Shown in pieces: positions 1 to 13,320 of a stretch of DNA of 64,000 nt. The stretch comes from Anthoceros angustus. Its lineage: Eukaryota > Plantae > Anthocerotophyta. The stretch spans positions 1,612,001-1,676,000 of the forward strand of contig MU008161.1 of assembly GCA_010909165.1 (NCBI GenBank). The letters are read 5' to 3'. The translations under genes and the position numbers were made by a program. Numbering within the stretch: position 1 is the stretch's first letter; every line of letters starts with the position of its first letter. The notes under the pieces were generated by a model. That model was not told the DNA's origin and searched no databases. It saw only the letters and a program-made list of their open reading frames with translations.

Positions 1-1713
1 AATCGCCCACAAGGAGCTGTTTCATTCTAGTTCAAAATGTACGGTGACAGTGGTGGAGAACAGAAGAGCGAGTGTTAAGCAAAGTTGTGGGTCCACTGTT
101 TTGCATGGATTTGAGGTTTGCAATTTTGGAAGGACGGGTTGGGTCACGCAGGATGTGTCGAACGCCTCCTTTTCTGCCACGGGTTATGGTGGGAGAACTC
201 AGGGAAGAAGACCGTCTTTAAGCGATGTAGCAGGTACTTCTTCTGTAGTGGATGATCTAACTGATGAAGATGTTAGTGCTAGTGACGAGACTTCTGACGA
301 GGAGGAGCAGGAGAAACAGGGGAAGAAGGAAAGAAAGAAGTTGTTGAAGGAAATGAAGAAACTTGTGAAGCAGGAGGTGAAAAAGGAGGTGAAGAAGGAG
401 ATGAGGAAGATGCTCGCAGAAGCTCAGGATGATATTGAATCAGAACTTGAAGAGGATGACTCTGAGCTTCTTGTGGAGGTGGAGGAGATGATGTTGGAGA
501 AGGAGGTGGTGGAGACAACTTTAACCATAGAAAGTACGAGACGCTGAATGTTAACTATTGAGGCATAAGATGAAAGAGAGGGGGTTGAATAGGGAACTTG
601 GGTAGGGCATGTGAGCAAGCAGCATCTTTGTGGCGTGCTCCAGCGCATCCGTTAATCTTCTAGCATGTAAGGTGAGCCCTCCCGACTGACTGACTTTCTT
701 GATTTTATCGTGGACTGAAGTGACAGAAAATGAGCTGGAGGAAGAGCTTGAGGGTGAGGACATTGAGGAGGACGAGGGCATTGAGGAAGCTGAGGACAAT
801 GAGGATGAGGTGGAAGACTTCTGGGAGGATGATAAACCTGCGGATCCACAGGTCTTGTATCCGGACCGTATCTGTCAGACATGCATTTCCTCGTGCTCGA
901 ATCTTCCATGCTAAGCATTCCAAGTGTTAATCGGGTATCTCAGGCAGGTGATGGTGAAGATGGAGGTGGGATGGTGCTGGGAGATGCGGAATGGGGGCAA
1001 AGGGCGCTAAGTTTGGCCACGGAGACCCTAGAAAGCACCTTCAGTAGTACCTTCGCTCTATACGCGTTCAAACTTTCGAAAGATGCAGGCTTAATTCGTG
1101 TTCGACTTGACAAGCTCACTGATAAGTATGACTCCCTTTTCAACAAGGTTGTCCCAGCAGAGTTAGTTAAGTGGCCACGGAATTCACCCATTCCTTGTGT
1201 TTGATGGCTGCTCTTGTCTACCCTGTAGGTATGGGTCTCCGTCCCTCACCGAAATTGAGAAGTTTTCCTCTGTGTATGGGAAGAGGCTGCAAGAGGAAGG
1301 CCTGGCCGGCACGATACCTGATAACCTAGCCCTGGAGGTAACGGTCCCACCTGGTTGTTCTCGGTCGCATATAGCTTGAACTTACCCTTTTCTTATGGGT
1401 TGAGCACTTGCAGGTGTCATCTCCTGGAGCCGAGCGGGTTGTGAAGGTTCCCCATGATCTCCAGCGTTTCAAGGACCTCCCCATGTATGTCCGCTATTCG
1501 GATGTGGGCGGTGATGGCGAGGCTTCTGACAAGGATAGTATTCTGCAGGTAGAGAAGGTAGAAGCAGATATGGCTGTGTGGAAACTTGCCAACGTAAGAG
1601 CCAACAGAGAAGTAGGTGGCAGAGGTAGACCCCTCAACAAGAAGCAAAAGGAGTGGAGGCTGGAGCTTCCTTTTTCTGCTACAAAGCTTGTGAGGCTTTA
1701 CCTGGATGTGTGA
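1..1713 (+). CDS. Organellar ribosome maturation factor RimP-like (UPF0090) protein, 5'-partial; exons ~<1-533, 727-851, 944-1125, 1229-1337, 1414-1713
   Basis: Phase-consistent GT-AG splicing joins GDGEDGGG..WGQRAL..LYAFK..IRVRLDKL/KYGSPSLTEIEKFS..LALE/VSSPGAERVVKVPHDLQRFKDLPMYVRY..WKLANVRAN..GRPLNKKQKEWRL..VRLYLD, typical of plant RimP-like proteins. Frame is open back to the window start. Confidence 0.8.
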
Positions 1714-4185
1714 AACGGAGCGGAGCAGTCTGCAAGTGCTTTCATCAGATATGGCTCTCAGCCAAGGCTTGTTCCCTGAATCCAGGATATGCATCCACCC
1801 ACGTATGTGATACCAATGTATGTGAGCCTGAGGGCATGTACTGTACGTGGCATGTGTATGTATTTGAATTTTGCGAAATGGAGCGTGGCCCACATGTGGC
1901 CCAGCCTGCTCCTCGTCCATCCAAGCAGCAAGCTCCCTCCTGCACGAACGTTGCGTCCCCTTTGTCGGTTTCGCTGGATGAATCTGTCCTGTGCTGGCGT
2001 TTGTCGCAGCTCACTCTTGCCACCACTCTTGGAGTGCACCGATGCGCTCTTCCGTTCTGGTCGCGATCGCTTCTTTCTCTTCTCGTCCCCGTCTCGTTGG
2101 CCTGCCCGCCCGCACTCCGCTCTCCCCGTTTGCGCTGCGGCGCAAGCCTTGCGCTCATTAAGCAGCCAGTCGGCGTGCCCTTCGATCCCGCTTTCACCTC
2201 GAGCGCGCTTCGCCCTTCCTCTTCGTCTTTGTCTTCACCGGCCAAAGCTGGCCCTGCGCTGTCGCGTCCTGTCTGCTAGAGGCAGACGCACGCTCTTGGA
2301 GGCATTTCATGTCCATGGTCGGGGCCCTCCTGCTTTCGTCTCTCTCCACCTCCGACCTCGTCGGATGCCCGTGACTCACTGACTGCCTCGCCTCGCGTCT
2401 ACTACCCTCTCCTGTTCCCCTTGCTCCTCTGTTTCTTCCTGTCTTATCTCCCCTGTACGCATCGCCCGTTCCCTCCTCGCTCTCCGCCGCGCGCCGACCC
2501 GCCCGTGCCCGGCCTGGAGTCACGCTACCTCCTGCTGCTTACAACTTGAGACGCTCAGACAGAGGCGTTTGCATTCTCTCCTCCCGCACCTCACATGTTG
2601 TCGCTAGCCTTCATCTTCTGTTGCCAGCAGCGAGCCGTGCAGTGCAGGGCTCCTGTTTTGTGCCTAGTCCGATCTATTGCAGGATCGGGAGAGGCCACAT
2701 TTTGCGTCTCCTACAACAACGCGTAGGTGTGAACACGATGCCGGAAGAGCGCTGTCCCAGTGGCGTGTCTGCGGCTCGTTGTGGCGCGAGCATGACATTT
2801 TTCCAGGCGCAGAACAAGTTGATGGATGAGGGACTGTGGAATACGCTAGACTCTTGTGCAGCTGTGAAGGCAGCTTGGAGCGCGCCCGCAGCAGTCCTAT
2901 AAATTTGCAAAGCAGCTGAAGCAATCCTAGGTTCTTCTTCTGCGTACTAGCTGCCAGCCAAAATGCAAGCTGTCTGCGTACTCCATGGTCTCTCATCCAC
3001 CAAACTGGTTGCTGTCGTGATCCTCGACTTCGAGTCCTGATCGCCGCCGAGAATGCTTCTCGTTCAGGGAGTAGGTTGAGGCAGTTGGTTAGTGGTTGTT
3101 TCACAATTATCTATATTTGTCACCTGGATTTTCTCATGTTTGTCGTGCTCACAGGCTAATGCCCGAAGGCTAACTGACCGCGGTCTCTGCCCGATCTTGT
3201 AGCCGCGAATCCTTGTACTCGTGAGCTTTGAATAGCAGTTCACAGGAGGGCATCTACTGATGCAATGTTTGGGGAGAGTAGAACCGTTTTCAAACCCCTT
3301 GTCCTTTCTGTATTGGGACGGTTGAGTTGTTTCCACCGGCCGACACTGCAGCTTCTGAAAAGTATTCTTTTTGTTCAAAGGCCACTATTTCTGATACCTC
3401 ATCATATATGTATGTAAGGTAAGTACTGGCAGCACCGCATGGGATGCTGCCCTCCCTTGCCAATGGACATGGGACAAGCGGCGACGCTAAAAAGGACGGG
3501 GAAGGAAGTAGCTTTCATCAGACACATAATTCTGTACGACTGACTGAATCCACTACTGTATGCAACACTTATAACGTTTTCTATCGTGGGTCACGTCACG
3601 TCAGCTTCGGTTGCTTGCGTGAAGAGCAATAATAAAGTATAGGGAAATAAACTCTTGAGAAATGAAACTCGGAAATAACAGTGCCCAAATCTCGAGTTCT
3701 CGGCGAAGTCAGGGCTCGAAGGCAAAACTCACCCCGGAATGCAGGTCAATGATGTTCCCCATCTCACAGCGTCCCACCACCCGTAAGGCATCAACGTCAT
3801 TTGAGCCAGGCGAATTCGTAACTCATCCGCCCAGTGTTGAAACCGGCCTCCAAAAAGCTTCTCCTTGTATTCTTAAGTAGATAGGCAAGCCACTACACTA
3901 AACACAGCAACGACATTCCTACTCCAAGGTTCAGTGTTCGCAAATTTCAAAAGATATCAAACGAACCCTGCAATTCACAAGGTCCAAGGTGAGGGAGGGA
4001 AGCACATCCTCAGACGCACCATGATGGCTTCTTCCGCAGTTCGTGACTAGTGTCTCAAGGTCACAAACATGAGATCTGGTCCTGCTTGTTCACAAATTGG
4101 GCCACGCAATCAAACAGGGCCGTCATTCTCTGCATTCCCTCCGACCACCACCTGGTAATGCACGCTTCATAGCACAGACAGATTT

Positions 4186-5565
4186 CTAGGGGGACGAATC
4201 CAGGCGAGGCTCAACTGAAAATCCCGTCAAATGAAAATCTCTCGAACCCGGGAACATTGGGTCTCGTGGCAGCCACTTCCACAATCTCGTGTCAAGATCA
4301 TAAGTTAGGCAATGCGGGCTCAGGTGCGTCGTTACGCACAGGACACTTCCAAGTACTGCACACACAAATTGGGTCCTGTAATATGACAGACCCTCGAAAA
4401 ACTGTGCACAGATCGTAGGAGGCACTCTAGTGACCTCCACCCACTCTCTCTGATGCTCCATGTGCTCCCAAATAACAATACCGTCGACTCTTGGGAATCG
4501 GAATACCGGGTCCAAAGCCTTAGCCACCATCAGCAAACGTCCACGGCACTCCACCAGACTAGGCCATACCAAGTGGGTTGGCATGGGTGCAGGCAAGTCT
4601 CGCCAAACAGATAGCTTGAGATCGTAATACACAACACCATACGGCAGCTTTGTGATGCAATAAAGAACTCCGTTCACCCATGCTCCTGGGTCTGTTCCAA
4701 ACTTAGCAGACTGCAAGGGGACCCCACCTGTAGACCAAGAGTTTGTGCTGTAGTCATAAACCTCTGCAACAAGGTCATAGACATGGTCTTGGGCCGGCTG
4801 GTCCTGATCCATCGCATGTTCTCCCACCACCAGAATCTGATAGCTTTTGGACGTTGGATCTGCTAGCATGGCAACCTTATGGATCAAGCGCACATGAGGC
4901 ATGCAAGGCAGTTGCCTCATAGTCTTTGTAAGGGGATTGCACACTACTAGGTATGAGCAATCCCTAATCTGGTCCCCGAAGCAGATGAGACCACCGGAAG
5001 CTGCAATCACACTCATAGCAGAAGAAGCGTCCGGGACTGGAAGAGAGTGCCACTTCTCAACTCCTGGATTGTACGCGGGCATTGCACCACCACTGGTGCA
5101 AAGCAGGAACCAGGGAGTCGAGGGCGGGACATCCTTTCGCAGAGCTAAGAAACTATCAGCAAAAATGAGGTGGTTCCACCTCCTGCAGACTGCCCGCATG
5201 CGGAAAAGAGCCGGGGTAGGCAGGCGGGCCACAACCTTCTCAACCAGGTCAACTGGCAAGTTCGACCACAGCCTCTCATCCATGACAACGTTATCCTGGA
5301 GCAAATCCTTGATGGATAACGAACTGAAATCTGCGAGAGCCTCTGCCTCAGCTGAGGTTGAAAGGGCTGAACTGCTGCTGCTCCGACCTGTTGGCTGAGT
5401 GGACCAAAAGACCTCTATGCTGGGGATCTGCCTGGTCCACCTCATGAAGAAGCTATGCTTGGGCATTCTCACACCTAGTACAGCAAACAAGTTGCCCTGA
5501 GGGCTGCCCTGCCTCCCACAAACTTCAGCCTCTCTGGCCTCACCCTTGCTACCACCAATTCTCAC
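4186..5565 (-). CDS. F-box/kelch-repeat protein (UFO/HWS-like type); true start uncertain
   Basis: Intronless 459-aa ORF with F-box MDERLWSNLPVDLVEKVVARLP..FRMRAVCRRW, followed by AASGGLIC, VCNPLTK and EVYDYSTNSW beta-propeller motifs. Confidence 0.9.
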   Translation of the reverse strand: MRIGGSKGEAREAEVCGRQGSPQGNLFAVLGVRMPKHSFFMRWTRQIPSIEVFWSTQPTGRSSSSSALSTSAEAEALADFSSLSIKDLLQDNVVMDERLWSNLPVDLVEKVVARLPTPALFRMRAVCRRWNHLIFADSFLALRKDVPPSTPWFLLCTSGGAMPAYNPGVEKWHSLPVPDASSAMSVIAASGGLICFGDQIRDCSYLVVCNPLTKTMRQLPCMPHVRLIHKVAMLADPTSKSYQILVVGEHAMDQDQPAQDHVYDLVAEVYDYSTNSWSTGGVPLQSAKFGTDPGAWVNGVLYCITKLPYGVVYYDLKLSVWRDLPAPMPTHLVWPSLVECRGRLLMVAKALDPVFRFPRVDGIVIWEHMEHQREWVEVTRVPPTICAQFFEGLSYYRTQFVCAVLGSVLCVTTHLSPHCLTYDLDTRLWKWLPRDPMFPGSRDFHLTGFSVEPRLDSSP

Positions 5566-7399
5566 AGAACAGTAGTCGGTATCAAACTCCAGGTTTGCTT
5601 CAATAGATAGTCTACAGTATCAGAAGACCGAAGTAGGGAATGCCATAGGCCCCCTTTCCGATGCCCCACTCACCATGGCATCAGCTCATAGCTGAAATGT
5701 CCTGCAGTGGAAACAGAAGCAGAACTTCCCACGCAACAGCCAGAAGAAACACAAATACTTTAGACCTGTCCCTTATCATCTGCCAACCGGCCTCCCTTCC
5801 TAAACTCCCCTCACCATGGCAGTGTAAATTAAGTGTCTCATACCACGCCTGCAGCAGCCTTCTCCCGTGATCCTGGAAGTGACAATGAGATCCGCATACA
5901 TGCTCCCTTTGCCTTGCAAACAAAATCTGCCACAGCTCTGTCCTTTGTGTCAAGAAAGTGCGATCTGACAGACTAGTCAAGACCTCCTGGCAGCCCTTAT
6001 GACTGACAGAAGAAGCAAGGGGATGGACAGCGGTGTCTTGAACTCGTGGAGCAGCTTCACCGTCTGAAAGTGGGGCCAGAAAGCACACCAACAGCTCTCT
6101 GCCAATACCACCTACATCAAGGTCATGTAAAGAGGTGGTTACACTCCAGGTCTCTTGTGCAAATGTATCCGGCGGCACAAGCCCGCTACCGAGACTGGCG
6201 CCACTTTGATGGCCCTTCCCCCCTAATCCATACGTCTGCTTCCTCCTTTCCCCCCTGACACCCCACTTCACTTCTCTCTCTGATCCATTCCTGCCTGGCT
6301 TCCTGTTAGAAACGTTGAGACAAAGCTCCTCGGGGCCTCTCATCTACTGCTGTTCCGGTGATAAACGCAAGACGAGCAGAAGCCTGAAATTTCCATCCCG
6401 ACACTCCTTGCACTGCCCCGGGACCGAAAAAAGACGATTCCCAGCTGTAGGTGTCCCCAGCTTGTGAGACTTGTACCCAGTTACCTCTCCTCGTGAACCC
6501 AAATCAGTTCCTTCCAGCTCTGCTCACGCAGGTGGGGAGCCCTGCGGTCTCTGCACAGGCTGGACACAAGCACACAATGATGCTTTAACGCGCGCGGCCA
6601 AGTCGAGAGTAACGAGCGTTAAGATTCAAGCAACTCCCAAAGCATTCCTGCAGGTGTCAGAAATGTGGTGCGACAGACGCTCTCCCGTGACAGGCCAAAC
6701 GCGCACCCACCGAGGATGGCGTATGCAGACTACGTGACCCCGTGCCACTCCACTGCGGAGCAGAAAGGCGAGAATAAGCCAATCAAGTCCTACGAGCCGG
6801 GGTGAGTCACCCGGGAAGGCAATGATAGGCGTCCGCTGCATGCGGTGTCTCAAACGACGCAGTCACCCGAGGTAATTCATCAGCACGCACAGAAACTCAA
6901 GAGCATGACAGGAGGGAAACACGGCGGGCCGGGGACGCACGACGACAGGAATTTGTTTCCGACCGTGCCCCTCCGGAGAGACTGAAGGGAGCGAGTTGGG
7001 GGGGAGGAGGAAGAAGGAGCGGATTGCACAAATCGCCCCGGTCCCACGCCTAGGCCTAGGCCAGCGCAGTCCCGGCCTACACAGGAACACAATCTCGGAG
7101 CAATTCCAAACACAAGAGGCGGTAGGTCCACCGAATCCAAGCGTTCCGGGGGGCAAGAAACAAGGCCAAATTCGGGAATAACACGGCTCTCCGCATGTCC
7201 ATCAATCACCAGTGTGCAAAGCAGAGAGCACCGTACAAATGTTGCAATGCCAGCAGTGGCGCGTAGAAGAAGCTCACCGAAACTTTGCCGCGTCCCTCCC
7301 AAGCACCCCGGCGCCGCGAGAAGCAAAGCCGCAGCTCCCAAATGCCGCCACGCGACGCCGAGCCAATTCTCGCACCAAATTGGTAAAGCGGCACGAGCG

Positions 7400-8850
7400 A
7401 GCAAGGCTCCAAGGAGCCTGCCCTCTCCCTTCTCTTCCCGCTAACTCGACACGCTCTCCGCTACGCTACAAGCTACAATACGCTACAATACGATGCAAAG
7501 GCTCGAAGCGGCAGCAGAGGCGTGCTCACAGCGCAGCCGCTGCCATAGCCGTGTTGAGCAAGCAAAGCAGGGTCGGGCTAAGCCATGACGGCGGGCAAGG
7601 CAAGGCAAGGCCAGGCAAAGGCAGGGGAAGGCGAGGCCAGCCCGGCGCAGGCCGCAGGGCCGCAGGGCCGCAGCAGAGCAGAGCGCACGAACGCAAAAGC
7701 AGCAACAGCAAAAAGGAACAGCAACAGGCGGAGCGGCAACAGCGCGGCAGTCGCAGCGGGCAGAGAGGAGGAACGCAAGAGCGAGGGAGCAGAGAATAAT
7801 GAGGCGAAGAGGGAGGGGGTAGGGCCGGACGGAAGGGCGTGTCTCCACAGACCACGGGCCGGGCCGCCGGTGGCAATTATAGTATATCTCAGACCCTGTT
7901 GCGGCAGAGGCAGAGGCAGAGGCAGACGCAGGGCTGGCGCTGGCCTGGCGGGCAGAATCCCATCCCATCCCGATCCGCGACCCGGGTTCGAATCGCAGAG
8001 CTTATCATCTCCCCTCCCTCTCGCCTCGCGATCCATTATTTTCATTTCTCACCTCACCATGTCGTTTCTACAGGCGAACGGGCCCAGCCTCCAGCCTCCA
8101 GCATTGCATGTTCAGAAGCATTACAGATAATGTGGAAATGAGAAGAGCGGTCTCGGGCGAGGGCGATGGCGATGGCGATGGCGATGGCGTGTGGCGTGGC
8201 CAAGCCCCGCGCTGGGCGCGCATCATGTGTTAGGACAAAACGAGTCAGTGCGCGCTACGCTACGGTATCCCGTCCGTGTTTGGGAGCGAGAGCCGTAGGA
8301 TGACGCATGCGGACGGTGAAGATGAGGCGAGTGACGTGCTGGACCTCCACCTCCACCGGCTGCTTTGGCCTTGCGGGCCAGGCGCAGGTGCAGAATGCGC
8401 AGAATGCACAGTCCAGATCCGGAGTCGGAGTCGGAGTCGGAGCCGGAGCCGGAGCCGGGTCCAAGCCCAGGTGCACTGTATCTGGACGCTGGAACCGTTA
8501 CCACATCATTTACTGGCGTGTCTCATGACGCGCTACGCTGCTCGCTACTGGATCAATGTCGCGCTGGGATGCTGCATTGTGCATTGCAGATAGGTGACCG
8601 GGAGCGGAACTCGATTTTTACTATGCGCGCTGGGCCTGGCGTATGATATGATGGAAGGCCACTCCGATTCTGCTTCTTCCTTCCTGCACGTCTCGGGAGT
8701 CGAGTCGCAAGGCACGGCAAGGCCGGGGGCCCGAAGGGAAGGAAGGGACGGGAAGGGAAGGGAAGGAAAGGAAAGGAAAGGGGACGGAAAGGAAAGGGAA
8801 GGCAAGGGAAGGGAAGGGAAGGGGAGACGTGAGAAGAAGAAGAAGAAGAA
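7400..8850. repeat. Cluster of GC-rich simple repeats: (GGCAA)n, (GGCAGA)n, (GGCGAT)n, (GGAGTC/GGAGCC)n, (GGAAG/GGAAA)n
   Basis: Directly visible at ~7595-7630, 7900-7925, 8162-8190, 8420-8460 and 8735-8850. Confidence 0.85.
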
Positions 8851-10349
8851 TTTTATTTGAGTCCACTAAGGACGGATTTCCGTCTGACGGAGGTGAGTCC
8901 ACTAAGGACGGAGGTGAGGCCGCCGGGCCCGGCCCCCGGCCCCCCGGCCCGCCCGAGGCCTCCTGATATGGGACAACGCACCTGACTTGTCTGCCCCGGG
9001 GGGCTCAACTTCTCAAGCAGCGGGGCCCGCGGCGGGCCCCACCGCGGGCCCCACCTCCTGCTGCTGCCCAGCGAATGCAGTGCCAATGGCGATGGTGATG
9101 GTGATGGGTCGTGAATCGCGACTCGCGTCTCGCGTCTCGCGGCCCGTGATGTTAGAAACAAAGGGGAAGAAGGGATGAACGAAATGATGAGGTCTGGGGA
9201 CCCCGGGCGTCGACTGCGTCGGCAGCGCAGGGCCAGGGAGGGCGTTGGAACTCGGCACGACAATGATGGGGTCGGGGCCGCGTGCTGCGCTCCGCCCTCA
9301 CTATCATTTCCTGCTTCACGCTCGCCTCTTTTCGGGAAATGGCACACACTATAATGTATGTGGAGTGTGATGAGTACAGGCGAGGGGGCGTGGGCGGGGA
9401 CAGGGGCAGAGGAATCGAAGATGCGCCTGCCTTTCGCCTCCAGATCTGCGCATGTTCTCTCCGTACACCGCCGAGCCCTGCCAAGATGCTCCTCTTTGGC
9501 CTTTACCTACCCACTGCGTTGCCCTCTCACGGGACGCTCCCGGTCCCACACTTTCTGCTGCTCACCATGCAATTGAAAAATGCTTCATCAGAATTTCTCG
9601 CTCCTTAGGGAGCGTTCCCCCGGGGGCCTTCTCTCTTCACCGGATACGGCTCTGCCTTCACCCGATAAGCGCACCGGCTTATCGCTCCTCGGCTCAAACA
9701 CCCAAACAGGAATAGGTACCCCATCCGGAATTGGAGTCATAAACAACCCGGCAATGGAGATTGGGCATCGCCACTATTTCAATGGATCTTGACTAGCTTT
9801 CATCGTGAACATGTACCTCTTCACACGGATATCATTGTTTTTGTGAATACATCGGATATTTATATCCCTCTTAATCTAGAGGATTCTCATGGGCTTCACA
9901 CCCATGATCAACTAATCGCCATTCTACACACACCACATGCCACAACGCCTTAAGGGTCTTACAAGGACCCTTTTAGCGGGCCCCTAAGGGTCTTACAACA
10001 CCGACTCTTTTTGCGGGTGTGACAGCATAGATCATTTATCAAAGAGTCGCGGAAGACTTTCTGCTCATCGAACCAGAGGAAATAATGAATGAACTGAACC
10101 TTCTCTTCATCTCCAGCCAAGGGACCTCCATACATTCCATCCCGGTCGTAGACTCCGGCTTTAACCCGCACTCCTCTTATGAAGGCCAAATTTTGCGCTC
10201 TTCCTTTCTCGATATTCTTGAATTTCTCTCTCTTCAAGATTTCGAGGAGATCCCCAGAAAACCGGACAGCGTCCCAAAGGACTTTATGGGTTAAGCGACT
10301 CTGATGCTAGGCACACATTGTGAGCCACAACCAATGAGAGGCAAGTGGA

Positions 10350-10700
10350 AAACGAATTCTATCCACACTGTTTGCACGTGCACAACACATTTTTATGGAT
10401 CGCGGTTAGGGAGTTTCCTTTGGAGCCTACCAAAATATATAGTTGAATAGACAGAATCGCACAGAGTAGATTCAACTCTACAATTTTGTACACAGTTTGT
10501 GAATGACATACAATCTCTGCTGAGGCACTTCCAGCGATACTAAAATCGTCAATTGTGGCTGCCCATTGATTCATAACCATGGTCGGCCATGAGGTCAAAA
10601 AGGATCTTCTTCGAGTTTCTATGCTCATGGGCCTTTCACAACACACACAAATCGAAGGTACCTTTATAGTCGCGATGCGGAAAGATAGAAAAGCACTATA
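10350..10700 (-). mobile_element. Possible degenerate Gypsy integrase zinc-binding region
   Basis: Minus-strand translation with stops, KAHEH..DHGYESMG..YRWKCLSRDCMSFTNCVQNC, loosely resembles the integrase HHCC domain. Confidence 0.3.
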
Positions 10701-10847
10701 TTTACCTATCTTTCTACCTTCTTTTGCCCATCAGACTTGTGCCTTCATATGCCCTTCACAGCGTCATTCCATAGTGCTTGACCCATCAAATAATGATTCG
10801 TAGGCCCTGGTCAGACACATGCCTTCGCCTGTGATTTCTAAGGTAGG

Positions 10848-11020
10848 ATTAGGAATGTATGAACCATGCCCTGAGAATGTTATTAGGAATGTATGAACCA
10901 TGCCTTGATAACGTTATTACAAATGTATGAACCATGCCCTGATAACCTTATTAAGAATGTATGAACCATGCCCCAGTAACCTTATTAGGAATGTATGAAC
11001 CATGCCTACTAACGTTATTA
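10848..11020. repeat. Minisatellite, 5 x 34-bp unit (TTAGGAATGTATGAACCATGCC...)
   Basis: AATGTATGAACCATGCC recurs at a 34-bp period. Confidence 0.95.
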
Positions 11021-12961
11021 TGCACTGGATTATTTCTATAAGCAAAGATTTGGAGGTGAACCCGCACCCGACCCCATACATGTGGCCATGCGTGGCACGC
11101 TTGATGTGCCACTAGAACAAGGTGCTATCATACATTGTGCTGAATTGCTACTCTTGTCTTGTGATCTGCCACCATAACAAGGTGTTGTATGTGGTGCATC
11201 GCTGTGCTCGAGTGCTTGGGTCCTTGCTTCGATTGATCTATGACTTGACTTGTTTCGGTAATGTTGCTTCTCTCCACTTAACGAGCACGATGGAGAAGGC
11301 GTTTACCATATTCTCTGACCTTTTTGTCAACTTTAGACTAAAGAGACAGCATCAACCTCGATAGATCCCTACCACGAGATGCATTTGGTGCATCTCAAGG
11401 CAGGAAATCTTTCCACAAAACACTAGATTGAGATTGCAAAGGAAGTGGCAAACAACAACCACATCCAAGGTTTGTCCGCAGAGCAGTGCAAGGAGAAGCT
11501 TGAGAATTGTGGGCAGACTTTCGCTAACGGCCAGCCGGGCGCACACTAATCTCGTGTCGTGTAGTATGGGGTCCGAACCCAAGGGAATGGTCCGTTCCGT
11601 TTACTCACTATTCGCCTACCTCATATTCCTAATTTACCAGTCTACTATCGTGACTACAAAACTCTTCCGCCAGCTCCACTTGATTACGGGGGTGGGCGGC
11701 AGCCACACCGCTTGTGCGGTCTCCCAGTCCGGCCACAACCGTTGCCAAACGCCGCCGCCAAATCTCCTCTAATGGGAAAACGAGACACCGCACCATGTGA
11801 CCCTCGACTGGGCGATACTAGGGTGATCGCCTAGCTACACGAGCGTAGGACCAGAGGCGATACTCAAGATACCAACCTACCCTTCCGACGAACCGGACCG
11901 GAGTACGTACTACTCTTCGTATCGTCTGCGCCCTAAGGTTACAGCCTCGAGTCCAACCGTACCACCGTCCGAACCGCCTACTTTGTACCCCTCACATGGA
12001 GGGTCACATTCTCCTCCCTTGCTTCCCTCAGCTGGCTGCCCAATTTCGCTTGAAGGGCATAATCCGCCCAAAATCGTCTCTTCCTCACCACCAGCATCCT
12101 ATGCACCACCTTCTTGTGGTGCTCCTCCTCCTAGGACCGCCTCCGCTCCAAGTCCGCTAGTTGCTGGGCAAGTCTCTCCCTCTCCTCCTGCCAAGCAACC
12201 TTCTCGCGCTTCAGCTCTTTCACCTACAGGTCTTGAGAGCCTAGCTCCGCGCTTCTCCTCCAAATTGAACCGGGTCCTTCGTGATTCCTCTTCCATGTCC
12301 CGGATTTTGATGGCTTGAGTGGCCATCACCTGCTCCTACGCCTAACATGATAATTTTTGAAGGGGGGGAATATAGTAACCGCCTTCGGTCGAGACAACAC
12401 CCCCTTGTCACGAAGAACACCTTTCCTAGAATAGCATATCTGTCCTACTTTGATAATGCGCACACCCTTTCTGAGGTCATACCTTTGATAAAAGATGCAC
12501 TTTCAAGTCTACACCCGAGAATTGGAGCACAGTAGGGTGTGGGCCCGTTTGCGTTTTAGTAGAATGCATAGAGGGCTGCCATTTTCATATGTCTATTACA
12601 ACCGAAAACTTTTACTTTCAAGTGGTGGAACACAATGAAAAGAATCACGTACCAGCGGAGTCTGGTTTCTGGTCGTGAGAACATTGCAACAAACAACTGC
12701 TAAAGGAGGAAGTGGTCAATAAGCCGACAATAGTCATTGAAGAGTGCGGCTCGGGCGACTCATCCATGCCTTGCGCCTAAAGCGGGTCAAGTACCACCGC
12801 CATATTCCGGAGGCGGTCCATATCGCCACCTCAAAGTTGTCGTTCTCCTCCATTGCTTGCTGCCTTCTCAAGTATCATTCTTGGGCCCAATACCGACGGT
12901 GTCGACCACCAAAGTATCTAGGTCGGCCGACCTCATCCAAAACATTTTCTTAAAGGCGGCC

Positions 12962-13320
12962 TGAGGAGGCGCGGCCGATCGGCGCCCATGGGTAGAACAC
13001 GGTGTGCTAGGAGGCGCCCGGCGCCGCCGTGGGCGGTAATGTCGCGGTTGGTGGGTGGGAGGCGCGGCCGATCGGCGCCCATGGGCAAGGCATGTCGTGT
13101 TGGTGGGTGGGAGGCGCGGCCGATCGGCGCCCATGGGCAGTGTGCTAGGAGAGGGTGCCGGCCGGCGCCCATGGGCGAGTGTGCTAGGGGAGGCGCCGGC
13201 CGGCGCCCATGGGTGTGCTGGGGAGGCGCCGATCGGCGCCCATGGGCGTGGCGGGCGTGTTGGGGGGCGCAGTGCCGCCGGGGCCCATGGGCGAGTGTGC
13301 TAGGGGAGGCGCCGCGTGCG
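12962..13320. repeat. GC-rich minisatellite, ~8 variable units built on GGAGGCGCGGCCGATCGGCGCCCATGGG
   Basis: Repeated GGCGCCCATGGG cores are visible. Confidence 0.9.

Noticed and set aside
1750-3900. ORFs between the RimP-like and F-box genes
   Set aside because: No recognisable motifs; pyrimidine-rich low-complexity sequence.
6860-9600. Many overlapping 100-200 aa ORFs
   Set aside because: They arise from GC-rich simple repeats on both strands, with no domain motifs.
10848-11020. CRISPR-like regularly spaced repeats
   Set aside because: The 'spacers' are near-identical parts of a 34-bp unit; eukaryotic context and no cas genes. It is a minisatellite.
12962-13320. Palindromic repeat array and overlapping ORFs
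   Set aside because: GC-rich minisatellite; the ORFs are by-products of low complexity.
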